A stretch of DNA of 64,000 nucleotides from Pseudomonadota bacterium (GCA_040756595.1 JBFLYR010000004.1:22695-86694); one strand, 5' to 3'; counted from the stretch's first letter, positions 29,585-39,606 are shown. Notes: generated from the letters alone by a model not told the origin. Program-made: numbers and translations.

Positions 29585-32275
29585 CTAGTTGAGCACCAGC
29601 ACGCCGCGCTTGAGCCCGGAATCCTCGGGGTGCGGCGAGAGCACGAAGCCCAGGCTCGTCACGAACTGGATCATGCGGCGGTTCTCGGCGAGGAAATCGC
29701 CGTTCATGTACTTCACGCCACGCGAGCGCGCCGTATCGATGATTACACCCATCAGTCGGCGCGCCAGTCCCTTGCCCTGCCAGGTGTCGGCGACAACGAT
29801 GGCGAACTCGCAGGATTCGCCATCCGGATTCATCGCATAGCGCGCGACGCCGATCTCGACTTCAGCGCCGCCGATTTCCGTTACCGCGACGAAGGCCATT
29901 TCGCGATCGTAGTCGATCTGCGTGAGGCGCACGAGTTGCGAGGCCGACAGTTCGCGCAGCGTGTTCATGAAGCGGTAGTACTTCGTCTCGGCGGAGAGAT
30001 TGCGCACGAACTCCTGTTCGAGGTCGGCATCTTCCGGACGGATCGGGCGGATCGTCACGTTCAGGCCGTCGCGCGTCTGGTATTCCGTTGTCAGATGCGA
30101 CGGGTACGGATGGATCGCCATGTGGTCGTAGCGGCCGGCGGTGAGCGGGATATTCTCGATCGCGATGCGCGCATCGACGGCCACGGCGCCGTGCTCGTCG
30201 ACGATCAGCGGATTGATGTCCATCTCCTTGATCCACGGCAGTTCGCAGACCATTTCCGAGACGCGCAGCAGCACCGCTTCAAGCGCTTCCATACTCACCG
30301 GCGGCATGTTGCGGAACTCACCGAGGCGGGCCGAGGCGCGTGTCGAGGCGAGCATGTCGTCGACGAGGAACTTGTTGAGTGGTGGCAGGGCGACGGCGCG
30401 TTCGCTGCTGGCACTTTCGATGCCGGTACCGCCGGGGCCGAAGATGATGGTCGGGCCGAAGATCTGGTCGCGCGTCATGCCGACGACCAGTTCGCGGCCG
30501 TTGGCCTTCTGGATCATCGGTTCGATGGCGATGCCGTGGATGATCGCGTCCGGGCGGTTGCGCTTCACCTCGTCGAGGATCTCGTTGTAGGCGTCGCGCA
30601 CGGCGGCCAGCGAATTCAGATTGAGCCGCACGCCGCCGGAATCGGTCTTGTGCGTGATGTGTGGCGAGTCAATTTTCATCACCACCGGCAGGCCGATTTC
30701 TTCCGCCAGCACCATCGCCTCGGAGGGCGAGCGGGCCACCACGGTCTGCGCGATCGGGATGCGGAAGGCGGCGAGCAGCGCCTTCGACTCCATCTCGTTG
30801 AGCGATTTGCGGCCCTCGCCGAGCGCGGTTTCGATCACCAGCTTGGCCGATTCGAGGCGTGGCGCGACGTGGTCGGAAATCGAGGCCGGCGCCTGCATCA
30901 GCAACTGCTGGTTGCGGTAATAGTTCGAAATGTGCGAGAACAGTTCGACCGCCGGCTCCGGCGTATTGAAGGAAGGAATGCCGGCACCCTTGAACAGCAG
31001 GCGTGCCTCGCGCACCTGTTCTTCGCCCATCCAGCAGGTGACGATCGGCTTGTCGGTTTTCTTGGCGACCTCGATGACGGCGCGGGCAGCCTGAGTCGGG
31101 TCGGTCATCGCCTGCGGCGTCAGGATCGCCAGCACGCCATCGACCGCATCGTCCTCGACGCAAGCGGAAATCGCCGTTGCATAGCGTTCGGGCGTCGCGT
31201 CGCCGACGAGGTCGATCGGGTTGGCCTTCGACCAGGTGGGCGGCAATGTGGTGTCGAGCTGTGTACGTACCGTGTCGCTCATCTCGGCGAGCGGAATGCC
31301 GATGTCGGACGCGTGGTCAGCAGCCATCACGCCGGGGCCGCCCCCATTGGTGATGATCATCAGGCGGTTGCCGCGCGGCCGGAAATGCGAGAACAGCGCT
31401 TGTGCGGCGGCGTACATCTGGCCGACCTTGCCGAGGCGCACCACACCGGCACGGCGCAGTGCGGCGTCGAAGACGTCGTCGGCACCGACGAGTGCGCCGG
31501 TGTGCGAGAGCGCGGCCTGCTTGCCGGCCGGATGCTTGCCGACCTTGATCAGCAGCACCGGCTTGCAGCGCGCGGCGGCACGCAGTGCGCTCATGAAACG
31601 GCGGGCGTTCTTGATGCCCTCGATGTAGAGGAAGATGCTCTCGGTGCGGGGATCGGCCACCATGTAGTCGAGCACCTCGCCGAAATCGACATCGCTTTCG
31701 GCGCCGAGCGAGACGACATTCGAGAAGCCGACGTTGTTGGGCAGCGCCCAGTCGAGGATGGCGGTGCAGAGCGCACCCGATTGCGAGATCAGGCCGATGG
31801 TGCCGGGATTCGCGCTGCCATGGGCGAAGGTGGCATTGATGTGGCTGCTCGGGCGCATGATGCCGAGGCAATTGGGGCCGAGCAGGCGGACATTGTGGCG
31901 GCGGGCCGAATCGAGCGTGGAACGCAGCAGGTTGGCGCCGCGCGGTCCCATCTCGGCGAAGCCGCCGGAAATCACGATGACGTTGCGCGAGCCGGCGCGG
32001 CCGCAGGCTTCGACGATGCCAGGCACCGTTTCGGCCTTGGTGCAGATCACCGCGAGATCGAGACGCTGCGGAATGCTTTCGACCGAGTCGTAGGCGTTCT
32101 GGCCGAAGACCTTGTCGTGGCGGGGATTGACGAGGAAGAGCTTGCCTTTGTAGCCGCCGTCGATGACGTTGCGCACGAGGGTCGCGCCGACGGAGCCCTG
32201 GGTTTCCGAAGCGCCGATGATGGCGATCGACTTCGGCTCGAAAAGCGGAGTGAGGTAATGCTGTTCGTAGTTCAT
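29585..32275 (-). CDS. Pat/YfiQ-type protein lysine acetyltransferase (ADP-forming acyl-CoA synthetase-like domains plus a C-terminal GNAT)
   Basis: About 896 aa from ATG 32275 (MNYEQHYLTPLFEPKSIAIIGAS), with CoA-binding, succinyl-CoA-synthetase-like and ATP-grasp segments. The C-terminal GNAT has VADTWQGKGLARRLM. Confidence 0.85.
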   Translation of the reverse strand: MNYEQHYLTPLFEPKSIAIIGASETQGSVGATLVRNVIDGGYKGKLFLVNPRHDKVFGQNAYDSVESIPQRLDLAVICTKAETVPGIVEACGRAGSRNVIVISGGFAEMGPRGANLLRSTLDSARRHNVRLLGPNCLGIMRPSSHINATFAHGSANPGTIGLISQSGALCTAILDWALPNNVGFSNVVSLGAESDVDFGEVLDYMVADPRTESIFLYIEGIKNARRFMSALRAAARCKPVLLIKVGKHPAGKQAALSHTGALVGADDVFDAALRRAGVVRLGKVGQMYAAAQALFSHFRPRGNRLMIITNGGGPGVMAADHASDIGIPLAEMSDTVRTQLDTTLPPTWSKANPIDLVGDATPERYATAISACVEDDAVDGVLAILTPQAMTDPTQAARAVIEVAKKTDKPIVTCWMGEEQVREARLLFKGAGIPSFNTPEPAVELFSHISNYYRNQQLLMQAPASISDHVAPRLESAKLVIETALGEGRKSLNEMESKALLAAFRIPIAQTVVARSPSEAMVLAEEIGLPVVMKIDSPHITHKTDSGGVRLNLNSLAAVRDAYNEILDEVKRNRPDAIIHGIAIEPMIQKANGRELVVGMTRDQIFGPTIIFGPGGTGIESASSERAVALPPLNKFLVDDMLASTRASARLGEFRNMPPVSMEALEAVLLRVSEMVCELPWIKEMDINPLIVDEHGAVAVDARIAIENIPLTAGRYDHMAIHPYPSHLTTEYQTRDGLNVTIRPIRPEDADLEQEFVRNLSAETKYYRFMNTLRELSASQLVRLTQIDYDREMAFVAVTEIGGAEVEIGVARYAMNPDGESCEFAIVVADTWQGKGLARRLMGVIIDTARSRGVKYMNGDFLAENRRMIQFVTSLGFVLSPHPEDSGLKRGVLVLN

Positions 32276-32347
32276 AGGAGATAGACTTGTGGTCAAGCCC
32301 CCTGAAGATGTTGCGATGCAGCAGGTTACCACCAACCGTTAATCAAG

Positions 32348-33175
32348 ATGCAAGAAAAACACGAAATCCGCCCCGGCCAGTCGGTCGAACTGTTGAAGGA
32401 ACTCCACATCCTGACTCGCGAAGGCAAGCTGAATCAGGATAGCCGGCGCAAGCTCAAGCAGGTCTATCACCTAGTAGGGTTTATCGAGCCATTAATTAAG
32501 GAAATATTAGAAAAACAAGAAGATGTGCAGCTTGTCGATATCGGTGCCGGCAAGTCCTATCTCGGCTTCATCCTGTACGATCTACTGTTCAAAAGTTGCA
32601 CGGGAGATTCGTGTGTCCATGGCGTCGAAACCCGCGCCGAACTGGTCACGAAATCACAGGCGCTGGCCGCGCGACTTGGCTTCGCGGGGATGCGTTTCCA
32701 CGATCTGAATGCTGCAGGTGCACATGACTCTGGTTTGTTGCCCGAACGCATCGATATCGTCACGGCGCTACATGCCTGCAATACCGCTACCGATGACGCC
32801 ATCCGCTTCGCGCTGACACGCCGGGCGCTGTTCATCGTGCTGGTGCCCTGCTGCCAGGCCGAAGTGGCCGCCATGCTGCGACAGCACAAAGCCAGTATGC
32901 TGGCCAATCCGCTGGCTGAACTGTGGCGTCACCCGATCCATACACGTGAATTCGGCAGTCACGTCACCAACGTGCTGCGCTGCTTGCAACTGCAGGCGCA
33001 TGGCTATGACGTGAATGTCACCGAACTCGTCGGCTGGGAGCACTCGATGAAGAACGAGCTCATTGTTGCCCGGCAGGAAAGCCGTCCCGGACGCGTGGCG
33101 ACGGAACGTCTGAAGGTACTACTCGGACAACTCGGGCTGGAAGAGCTCAGCGAGCGCTTCTTCGTTCCGGACTGA
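32348..33175 (+). CDS. Class I SAM-dependent methyltransferase
   Basis: 275 aa with motif I VDIGAGKSYLGF. It is otherwise unassigned. Confidence 0.65.
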   Translation: MQEKHEIRPGQSVELLKELHILTREGKLNQDSRRKLKQVYHLVGFIEPLIKEILEKQEDVQLVDIGAGKSYLGFILYDLLFKSCTGDSCVHGVETRAELVTKSQALAARLGFAGMRFHDLNAAGAHDSGLLPERIDIVTALHACNTATDDAIRFALTRRALFIVLVPCCQAEVAAMLRQHKASMLANPLAELWRHPIHTREFGSHVTNVLRCLQLQAHGYDVNVTELVGWEHSMKNELIVARQESRPGRVATERLKVLLGQLGLEELSERFFVPD

Positions 33176-33199
33176 AAAGTCGGCGCTGGCAGGACGGCA
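33176..33199 (+). repeat. 24-nt dispersed repeat, copy 9 (1 substitution)
   Basis: AAAGTCGGCGCTGGCAGGACGGCA begins immediately after the TGA stop codon of the 32348 methyltransferase. Confidence 0.93.
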
Positions 33200-33323
33200 T
33201 CGGGCGCTGCCGCGGAGAAATATCATCCACAATTTCTGTGGACAAGCTTGTGCCCAATTGCCGCCAGGCCTTTTGGCGCAAGGAGTTATCCGGAAGATCT
33301 CGATTGGACATCAAGCAACTACG

Positions 33324-33686
33324 CTAATTGGGCTTTCGCGCATTCTCGATAAGCCGGGCCAGTTCGATTTTCTGCCCGCCCGACAGGCGATCGATGGAGC
33401 GCTTCCAGGGATAGGTCCGGTAATGTTGCTGGACATATTGCCAGCCGAGCGGACCGTATTTATTCACCTCGGCCCGAATGGGCGGAATGGCCTCGATAAC
33501 CGACCTGAACTGCTTCCAGCTCAATGACTGGAGATCCTTTTCCAGCTTCTGGCTGTCAGGAACGGATTTGGCGGGCAACACAGCCGAGGCGGACTTCACC
33601 GCTGCCCGTTCCGTTGCCGCAAAGCACGGATAGAGCAGCAGGCACAGCAATGATCCCAGCACGAACTTGCGCATCGATAAATCCAA
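33324..33686 (-). CDS. Hypothetical secreted protein
   Basis: 120-aa ORF (alternative ATG at 33674) with a signal peptide (FVLGSLLCLLLYPCFAA). I recognise no family. Confidence 0.5.
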   Translation of the reverse strand: MDLSMRKFVLGSLLCLLLYPCFAATERAAVKSASAVLPAKSVPDSQKLEKDLQSLSWKQFRSVIEAIPPIRAEVNKYGPLGWQYVQQHYRTYPWKRSIDRLSGGQKIELARLIENARKPN

Positions 33687-33690
33687 TTCC

Positions 33691-34029
33691 CTACGCTTTC
33701 TTCACGAACGCCGACTTCAGCCCCATCGCGCCAATGCCATCGATCTTGCAGTCGATGTCATGATCGCCTTCGACGAGACGAATGTTCTTGACCTTGGTTC
33801 CTACCTTGACGACGGACGAAGAACCCTTGACCTTGAGATCCTTGATGACGGTCACGGTATCCCCATCCTGCAGCACATTGCCGACCGCATCGCGTATGAC
33901 CATTCCAGACGCTGCGGGTTCAGTGTCAGCCACCTTGGCCCATTCGTGGGCGCATTCCGGGCAGACGTACATCTCCCCATCTTCGTAGGTGTATTCGGAC
34001 TTGCATTGCGGGCAGGCGGGCAGATTCAT
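33691..34029 (-). CDS. phnA: Zinc-ribbon protein PhnA
   Basis: 112 aa with CPQC...CPEC at the N-terminus and a conserved C-terminal [28 protein letters not shown]. Confidence 0.88.
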   Translation of the reverse strand: MNLPACPQCKSEYTYEDGEMYVCPECAHEWAKVADTEPAASGMVIRDAVGNVLQDGDTVTVIKDLKVKGSSSVVKVGTKVKNIRLVEGDHDIDCKIDGIGAMGLKSAFVKKA

Positions 34030-34063
34030 GAGTTTCTTTCAGATGGCGCGGTGCAGGGGGTTA

Positions 34064-34315
34064 TTACTTGAGGTTTTCTGCCGAATACAACACGGTCTTG
34101 TCACCCGCGAATTGCACGGAGACATGGCGCTTGTCGTCGCCCCATTGGCAGCTTTTGAATCCGGCCACGTCATCGCACGAAACCGGACTACCGAGCAGCG
34201 CCGTCACCTCGCTGTAGGTCATGCCCATCTTGAGCTTCGCGTAATTTTCCATGGTCAGCTTGCTGCAGCCACCCGCAATCACTATCAGGGAAATAAGCGC
34301 AACCACGGCTTTCAT
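34064..34315 (-). CDS. Small lipoprotein
   Basis: 83 aa with the lipobox LIVIAGGC. The remainder resembles the small DUF3862-type lipoproteins (KLKMGMTYSEV). Confidence 0.6.
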   Translation of the reverse strand: MKAVVALISLIVIAGGCSKLTMENYAKLKMGMTYSEVTALLGSPVSCDDVAGFKSCQWGDDKRHVSVQFAGDKTVLYSAENLK

Positions 34316-34838
34316 GTTTTTCTCCTTGGATTATTGGCTTGATGATACCTGTGCGGCCGGGATGTCGTGCCGAGGCATAGGCGCGTTTGCACAGCTTCCA
34401 TGATTCAGAAGCTGACGGCATTCGGGTGGTCGGCCACCCAAGGACTACTCACATCGAATTAAGAGGAATGCGAAGCTCCGGCCAAGAGCAGCCTTCGGCC
34501 TACGGGGAATCTACGTCAGCAACGAACCTGAAGCGGTCAATGGTAGTGTGAGGCGTGGCGGGCGGCACGTGGGCTAATACTGACTGTCAATTTTTTCGAC
34601 ACCGGACTTTCGGGAGTCTCAGCTTTCCAAGTAAGCTCCAGGCAGCAGCAATCGCCTCGTAGTGGTGATTCGAAAGCCCCCTGTCGACGGGCAAGCTCTC
34701 CGCCATGACGACCGTGATTTAAATCCACTATGACCCCTTTAAAAGCCCGACGTTCGAGGATGGCGATGCCGTGTCGCTCGCGACCTTCGATGTGAAAAAC
34801 TTTCAACCGGACGGATTATGGTGGATCAACAACTCATG

Positions 34839-34869
34839 AAAAAAGCGGCGATCTGAGTCGCCGCTTTTT
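34839..34869 (-). terminator. Rho-independent (bidirectional) terminator downstream of the PEP-CTERM gene
   Basis: AAAAAA-GCGGCGA-tctgag-TCGCCGC-TTTTT forms a perfect 7-bp stem flanked by A and T runs. It lies 18 nt after the stop codon at 34887. Confidence 0.8.
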
Positions 34870-34886
34870 AACACTGCCGGCAGCAC

Positions 34887-35456
34887 TCAGGCCTTGCGGC
34901 GACGCATCAGGCCCAAGCCGGCAAGTCCAATGCCGAGTAGTGCGAGAGAGGCAGGTTCCGGTACCTGGCCATTCTGGCTAGTCTGGTAAGCCCAGATGTT
35001 CAAATCCGTATCCTGGCTACCGGCGTTGGGGATGTTGGAGATGCTGTCTGAGACATCAAAGATGTTCCAACTAGTCTCGTAATCGTATGCCCACGCCCAG
35101 CCGATTAGGCTGGCATCGCCGCCGTCGTCGTAGGCGCCCCAGATGAGTTCGCGGTTGGGTGCATCGCCCATGATGGCTTTGTAGCCTGACCAGGCACCGC
35201 CGCCCACTAGGGACAGAGACCCCAGCAGTGCTTGGACGTCCGACTTGGTAGCAAACGTGAAGCCTGCCGCAGTAGCTGCGGTGACCATGTCTGCTGTGGA
35301 CTTGTTGAAGAAATTGTCCAAGTCCAGCCATACGCGACCGGTGTTGGTGTCTTGGAAGGTACTAAAGCCCCCGACGTCTGCAGATTCGATTACGGCAGCT
35401 TGAGCTGTGAAGGTGGTAGCCAGCAGGCAGGCTAGACAGATAAGGGTGCGCTTCAT
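34887..35456 (-). CDS. PEP-CTERM sorting-domain secreted protein
   Basis: 189 aa from ATG 35456. It has a signal peptide and the C-terminal VPEPASLALLGIGLAGLGLMRRRKA (PEP motif, TM helix and basic tail). Confidence 0.85.
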   Translation of the reverse strand: MKRTLICLACLLATTFTAQAAVIESADVGGFSTFQDTNTGRVWLDLDNFFNKSTADMVTAATAAGFTFATKSDVQALLGSLSLVGGGAWSGYKAIMGDAPNRELIWGAYDDGGDASLIGWAWAYDYETSWNIFDVSDSISNIPNAGSQDTDLNIWAYQTSQNGQVPEPASLALLGIGLAGLGLMRRRKA

Positions 35457-35492
35457 GATGTATCTCCAAGTCTTAGTTAGGTGTGCAAAACA

Positions 35493-35509
35493 AAGCACGA
35501 TTCACGCCA
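35493..35509 (-). promoter_or_regulatory. Candidate sigma54 (-24/-12) promoter for the PEP-CTERM gene
   Basis: The minus strand reads TGGCGTGAATCGTGCTT, with GG-N10-GC spacing as in TGGCAC-N5-TTGC. It lies about 37 nt upstream of the ATG. Confidence 0.3.
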
Positions 35510-35534
35510 TAAACCAAGTTCCTTATAAATTAAT

Positions 35535-35554
35535 GACTTGACTTGACTTGACTT
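35535..35554. repeat. Pentanucleotide tandem repeat (GACTT)x4
   Basis: gacttgacttgacttgactt lies 79-98 nt upstream of the PEP-CTERM ATG. It creates overlapping TTGACT hexamers on the + strand. Confidence 0.9.
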
Positions 35555-35864
35555 GTGGAAGTGTAAAAATCCCCTACAAAATTCTGCTCCATGTGGTCGC
35601 CGGCTGAAGACGTTCTCCATGGTGCGATAGTTTTCCCCACGTGGCCAAGTAACTGGCGACCGTCTGCAGGAGGTTCGCTGCTGCCCGAGATTGACGATCC
35701 CGGAAGCTAAACTGTCAGCCACCTCCCCACAGACCGCACCTGACGCCGACCTGCCCGCCGCTAGTGGCGTCCCCAAGGGCGGGAACGAGGCGACAGTGGC
35801 CTGATTGCTGGCCAAAGTGACGGGCCGCTTGGGGTCGTCAGCAGGCCTTTGAAGAAAGCGAATG

Positions 35865-35888
35865 TGCCGTCCCGCCAGTGCCGACTTT
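35865..35888 (-). repeat. 24-nt dispersed repeat, copy 10 (1 substitution)
   Basis: The + strand reads TGCCGTCCCGCCAGTGCCGACTTT. The copy is in gene-sense orientation and begins 6 nt after the ybiT stop codon. Confidence 0.93.
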
Positions 35889-35894
35889 CGCTAC

Positions 35895-37526
35895 TTAAGC
35901 GACGCCCTGACTGGCAAGGTATTCCTCGTAGTTGCCGTGGTAATCGACGATCTCGCCGTCGGTCCGGATTTCGATGATGCGTGTGGCGAGCGATGAGACG
36001 AATTCGCGGTCGTGCGAGACGAAGATCAGCGTGCCGGGGTATTTCTCCAGCGCGTTGTTGAGCGACTCGATGGATTCCATGTCGAGGTGGTTGGTCGGTT
36101 CGTCCATCAGCAGCACGTTGTTGTGCAGCAGGATCAGCTTGCCGAACAGCATGCGGCCCTGTTCGCCGCCGGAAATCACCTTGACCGATTTCTGCACCTC
36201 GTCGCCGGAGAACAGCAGCCGGCCGAGCGTGCCGCGGATCAGGGTTTCCACCTCGGCGCCGGCGAAGCCGCCTTCGCGCACCCACTGGCCCATCCAGTCG
36301 CTGAGGCTCATGTCCGTCGCGAAATCGTCCGCGTGGTCCTGCGCGAAGTAACCGGGACGCGCCTTTTCGGCCCACTTCAAATGGCCATGTGTGGGTGACA
36401 GACCACCCATTGCTTCGCCCGCAAAGAGCTTGAGGAGGGTGGTCTTGCCGACGCCGTTCTCGCCGATGATCGCCACTTTTTCGCCGGCATCGATGGCGGT
36501 GAAGAAGTTGTTGATGATCGGCGTGCCGGCCACGTAGCTGAAGCAGAGGTTTTCCGCTTCGACGGCGCGGCGGTGCAGCTTTTCCTTGAGGTTGTAGTCG
36601 AAGCCGATCCATGGATACTGGCGTGAGGAGGGCTTGATGTCCTCGATCTTGATCTTCTCGATCTGTTTCGCCCGCGAAGTGGCCTGCCGAGCTTTCGAGG
36701 CGTTGGCGGAGAAGCGTCGCACGAAGTTCTGCAGGTCGGCGACCTTCTCCTTGGCCTTGGCGTTGGCGGCCGACTGGCGCGCGCGCGCCTGCGTCGAGGC
36801 CTCCATGAAATCGTCGTAGTTGCCGGGATAGACGGTGATCTTGCCGTAGTCCAGGTCGGCCATGTGGGTGCAGACCTGGTTGAGGAAGTGGCGGTCGTGC
36901 GAGATGATGATCATCGTGCTCTCGCGCTCGTTGATCACGTTTTCCAGCCAGCGGATGGTGTTGATGTCGAGGTTGTTGGTCGGTTCGTCGAGCAGCAGGA
37001 TGTCGGGATTGGCGAACAGCGCCTGCACCAGCAGCACGCGCAGTTTCCAGCCCGGCGCGACTTCGCGCATCGGGCCGTTGTGCTTGTCGGTGGGGATGCC
37101 GACGCCCAGCAGCAGCTCGCCGGCGCGCGCTTCGGCCGTGTAGCCGTCGTATTCTGCGAACTGGGATTCCAGTTCCGCCGCATGCATGTAATCGTCTTCG
37201 GTCGCGTCCGGGTTGGCGTAGATCGCATCCTTCTCCTGCATTACCTTCCACATCGCCTCGTGGCCCATCATCACGACATCGAGTACCCGGACGTCTTCGT
37301 AGGCGAACTGATCCTGGCGCAGGAAGGCCATGCGCTCGTGCGTGTCGAGGCTGACGTTGCCTGCCGACGGCTCCAGAATGCCGGCGAGGATCTTCATGAA
37401 GGTGGTCTTGCCGGAGCCGTTGGCGCCGATCAGACCGTAGCGGTTGCCCTCGCCGAACTTGACGGAAACGTTCTCGAACAGGGGCTTGGCCCCGAACTGC
37501 ATGGTGATGTTGTTGGCGACGAGCAC
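35895..37526 (-). CDS. ybiT: ABC-F family ATPase YbiT
   Basis: 543 aa with two ABC cassettes and no TMD. It is near-collinear with E. coli YbiT as recalled ([34 protein letters not shown]). Confidence 0.9.
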   Translation of the reverse strand: MLVANNITMQFGAKPLFENVSVKFGEGNRYGLIGANGSGKTTFMKILAGILEPSAGNVSLDTHERMAFLRQDQFAYEDVRVLDVVMMGHEAMWKVMQEKDAIYANPDATEDDYMHAAELESQFAEYDGYTAEARAGELLLGVGIPTDKHNGPMREVAPGWKLRVLLVQALFANPDILLLDEPTNNLDINTIRWLENVINERESTMIIISHDRHFLNQVCTHMADLDYGKITVYPGNYDDFMEASTQARARQSAANAKAKEKVADLQNFVRRFSANASKARQATSRAKQIEKIKIEDIKPSSRQYPWIGFDYNLKEKLHRRAVEAENLCFSYVAGTPIINNFFTAIDAGEKVAIIGENGVGKTTLLKLFAGEAMGGLSPTHGHLKWAEKARPGYFAQDHADDFATDMSLSDWMGQWVREGGFAGAEVETLIRGTLGRLLFSGDEVQKSVKVISGGEQGRMLFGKLILLHNNVLLMDEPTNHLDMESIESLNNALEKYPGTLIFVSHDREFVSSLATRIIEIRTDGEIVDYHGNYEEYLASQGVA

Positions 37527-37590
37527 TTAAATCCCTTGATTGGCAAGAAGAAAAGCCGCGGAGTCTACTCGCTCTTGTAAAGTGTCCTTC

Positions 37591-38298
37591 ATGAAAACAC
37601 TGACATTGGAAAAAATCCTGCAATCGCAGGGCTTCGGCACGAAGAAAATGTGCCGCTACATGGTGCTGGACGGTTTGGTGGAAATCGGCGGCGAGGTTGT
37701 GGACGATGTGCGCGCCGAGTTCGATCCCGCCAATCTCGAATTCACGGTCGATGGCGCAGCGTGGCAATACCGCGAACACGTCTATCTCGCGCTCAACAAG
37801 CCGACTGGCGTCGAATGCTCGCGCCGGCCGGCGGTCCATCGCGGTGTGCTCTCGCTGCTGCCCGACCCATTCACCGCGCGCGACGTGCAGCCGGTCGGCC
37901 GGCTCGACCACGACACCACCGGCCTGCTGCTGCTTTCGGACGACGGCGCCTTTATCCATTCCCAGTCGCATCCCAAGCGCCATGTGCCGAAAACCTATGT
38001 GGCGACCACGCATGAACCCGTGACGCCGGAACTGGTTGCCAAGCTGCAAGCTGGCGTGAAGCTGATGGACGAACCGGCGCTGCTCAATGCACAGGCACGG
38101 CAGGTCGGCGCATGCGAGATCGAGATCGTGCTCGACATGGGCAAATACCACCAGGTGAAGCGCATGCTCGCCGCCGCCGGCAGCCATTGCGTCGCGTTGC
38201 GGCGTACCGCGATCGGACAATTGACGCTGGCGTCGCTCGGTCTAGCCGAGGGCGAATGGTGTTATCTGGACGAGGCACAACGCGCACTGCTGGTATAA
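37591..38298 (+). CDS. rsuA: 16S rRNA pseudouridine synthase (RsuA family; S4 domain plus catalytic GRLD)
   Basis: 235 aa from ATG 37591, with the motifs ALNKPTGVECS, VGRLDHDTTGLLLLSDDG, KTYVAT and GKYHQVKRM. Confidence 0.75.
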   Translation: MKTLTLEKILQSQGFGTKKMCRYMVLDGLVEIGGEVVDDVRAEFDPANLEFTVDGAAWQYREHVYLALNKPTGVECSRRPAVHRGVLSLLPDPFTARDVQPVGRLDHDTTGLLLLSDDGAFIHSQSHPKRHVPKTYVATTHEPVTPELVAKLQAGVKLMDEPALLNAQARQVGACEIEIVLDMGKYHQVKRMLAAAGSHCVALRRTAIGQLTLASLGLAEGEWCYLDEAQRALLV

Positions 38299-38321
38299 AA
38301 GTCGGCGTTGGCGGGACGGCA
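38298..38321 (+). repeat. 24-nt dispersed repeat, copy 11 (1 substitution)
   Basis: AAAGTCGGCGTTGGCGGGACGGCA. Its first A is the last base of the rsuA TAA stop codon. Confidence 0.93.
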
Positions 38322-38353
38322 TCGAAACAACAACAAACCATGAGGGAATAACC

Positions 38354-39067
38354 ATGAAGCTCCTGATCTGCGGTGTATTGCTTTGTGCCAGCGGCTTGCT
38401 GCCCTTGAGTGGCCTGGCTGCGGACGCGCTGACCGAGGCCATCCAGAAATCCTATGCGCCGTACCGCGCGGCGCTGTACAAGACCAATGGCAAGTCGCAA
38501 GCCGAAGCACGCGAGGTGCTCGATCAGGCGCGCGAGGGCTGGGCACGGGTAGCCAGTCAGTTCGGCGTGCGTCCGCCGCCCCCGTATGACCGCGACAGGC
38601 AACTGCCGCAGACCTTCGATGACATCGACAAGGCCTATGCCAAAGCCAGCGGCGAAGTCGACCAGAACAAACTGGGCAAGGCACATGCGACGCTCGAAGA
38701 AGTGCGCGACCTGCTGGCCGACCTGCGCCGCCGCAATGGCGTGATTGTCTATAGCGATCACATGAATGCCTATCACACGGTGATGGAAGACATGGTCGCG
38801 GATGGCGCGGACTTGCTCGCCAAGCCCGATGGCAAGCTGCGTCTGATGGCACGCATCGGCGTGCTCGACTATCTGGCCAGGAACCTGAAGAGCGAAGCAT
38901 CGCCAGAACTGGCCGCGAACGCCGAGTTCGCCGAATTGGTGAAGGGCGTGGCGAAATCCGTCGCCGATCTGGAGGCCGCCATGCTGGCGGACAAGGAGGA
39001 GGCGGTGAAGGAAGCGATCAACGCACTGAAGAAGCCCTACAGCCGCATGTTCCTGAAATACGGTTGA
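38354..39067 (+). CDS. Hypothetical periplasmic protein
   Basis: 237 aa, helical, with a signal peptide (LLICGVLLCASGLLPLSGLAA). I recognise no family. Confidence 0.55.
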   Translation: MKLLICGVLLCASGLLPLSGLAADALTEAIQKSYAPYRAALYKTNGKSQAEAREVLDQAREGWARVASQFGVRPPPPYDRDRQLPQTFDDIDKAYAKASGEVDQNKLGKAHATLEEVRDLLADLRRRNGVIVYSDHMNAYHTVMEDMVADGADLLAKPDGKLRLMARIGVLDYLARNLKSEASPELAANAEFAELVKGVAKSVADLEAAMLADKEEAVKEAINALKKPYSRMFLKYG

Positions 39068-39606
39068 TGCATCCGGAAGCGCCTTCATCCTGGATCACGC
39101 GCTTCGCGCCGCTCATCCCGGCGGGCGGCGAGGTGCTCGACCTCGCTTGCGGCGCCGGGCGGCATGCGCGCCTGCTGGCGGGCATGGGCTATCGCGTCGA
39201 GGCGGTGGATCGTGACGCCGATGCGCTGGCAACGCTGGCCGGCGTGGCGAACGTCGCGACGCGCTGCGCTGATCTCGAGGGTGGGCCGTGGCCGTACTAC
39301 GCCGATGTCTTCGATGGCATCGTGGTGAGCCGTTACCTGTGGCGGCCGCTGTTCCCGCAAATCTTCAACTGCCTCGCCGAAGGCGGCGTGCTGATCTACG
39401 AAACCTTCATGGAAGGCCAGCAGTTGTATGGCAAGCCGAGCAATCCGGCCTTTCTGTTGCGCCCCGGCGAATTGCTGGAACTGGTCGGCAAGCGCTTCAC
39501 GGTGGTCGCCTTCGAGCAGGGTGAAATCGTGGGAACGGACGGGAACCCGCAGATGATCCAGCGGATCTGCGCGCGCCGCGGGCGTCCGGACCGATTGCCG
39601 GTCTAG
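39064..39606 (+). CDS. Class I SAM-dependent methyltransferase (TehB-like)
   Basis: 180 aa with motif I VLDLACGAGRHARLLA. Its start overlaps the upstream stop codon. Confidence 0.7.
   Translation: MMHPEAPSSWITRFAPLIPAGGEVLDLACGAGRHARLLAGMGYRVEAVDRDADALATLAGVANVATRCADLEGGPWPYYADVFDGIVVSRYLWRPLFPQIFNCLAEGGVLIYETFMEGQQLYGKPSNPAFLLRPGELLELVGKRFTVVAFEQGEIVGTDGNPQMIQRICARRGRPDRLPV

Noticed and set aside
34537-34806. 89-aa minus-strand ORF in the accessory patch.
   Set aside because: It has no ribosome-binding site and no recognisable family. Its C-terminal half is implausible (CCC, His/Arg-rich). It is treated only as a possible remnant under the non-coding-gap finding.
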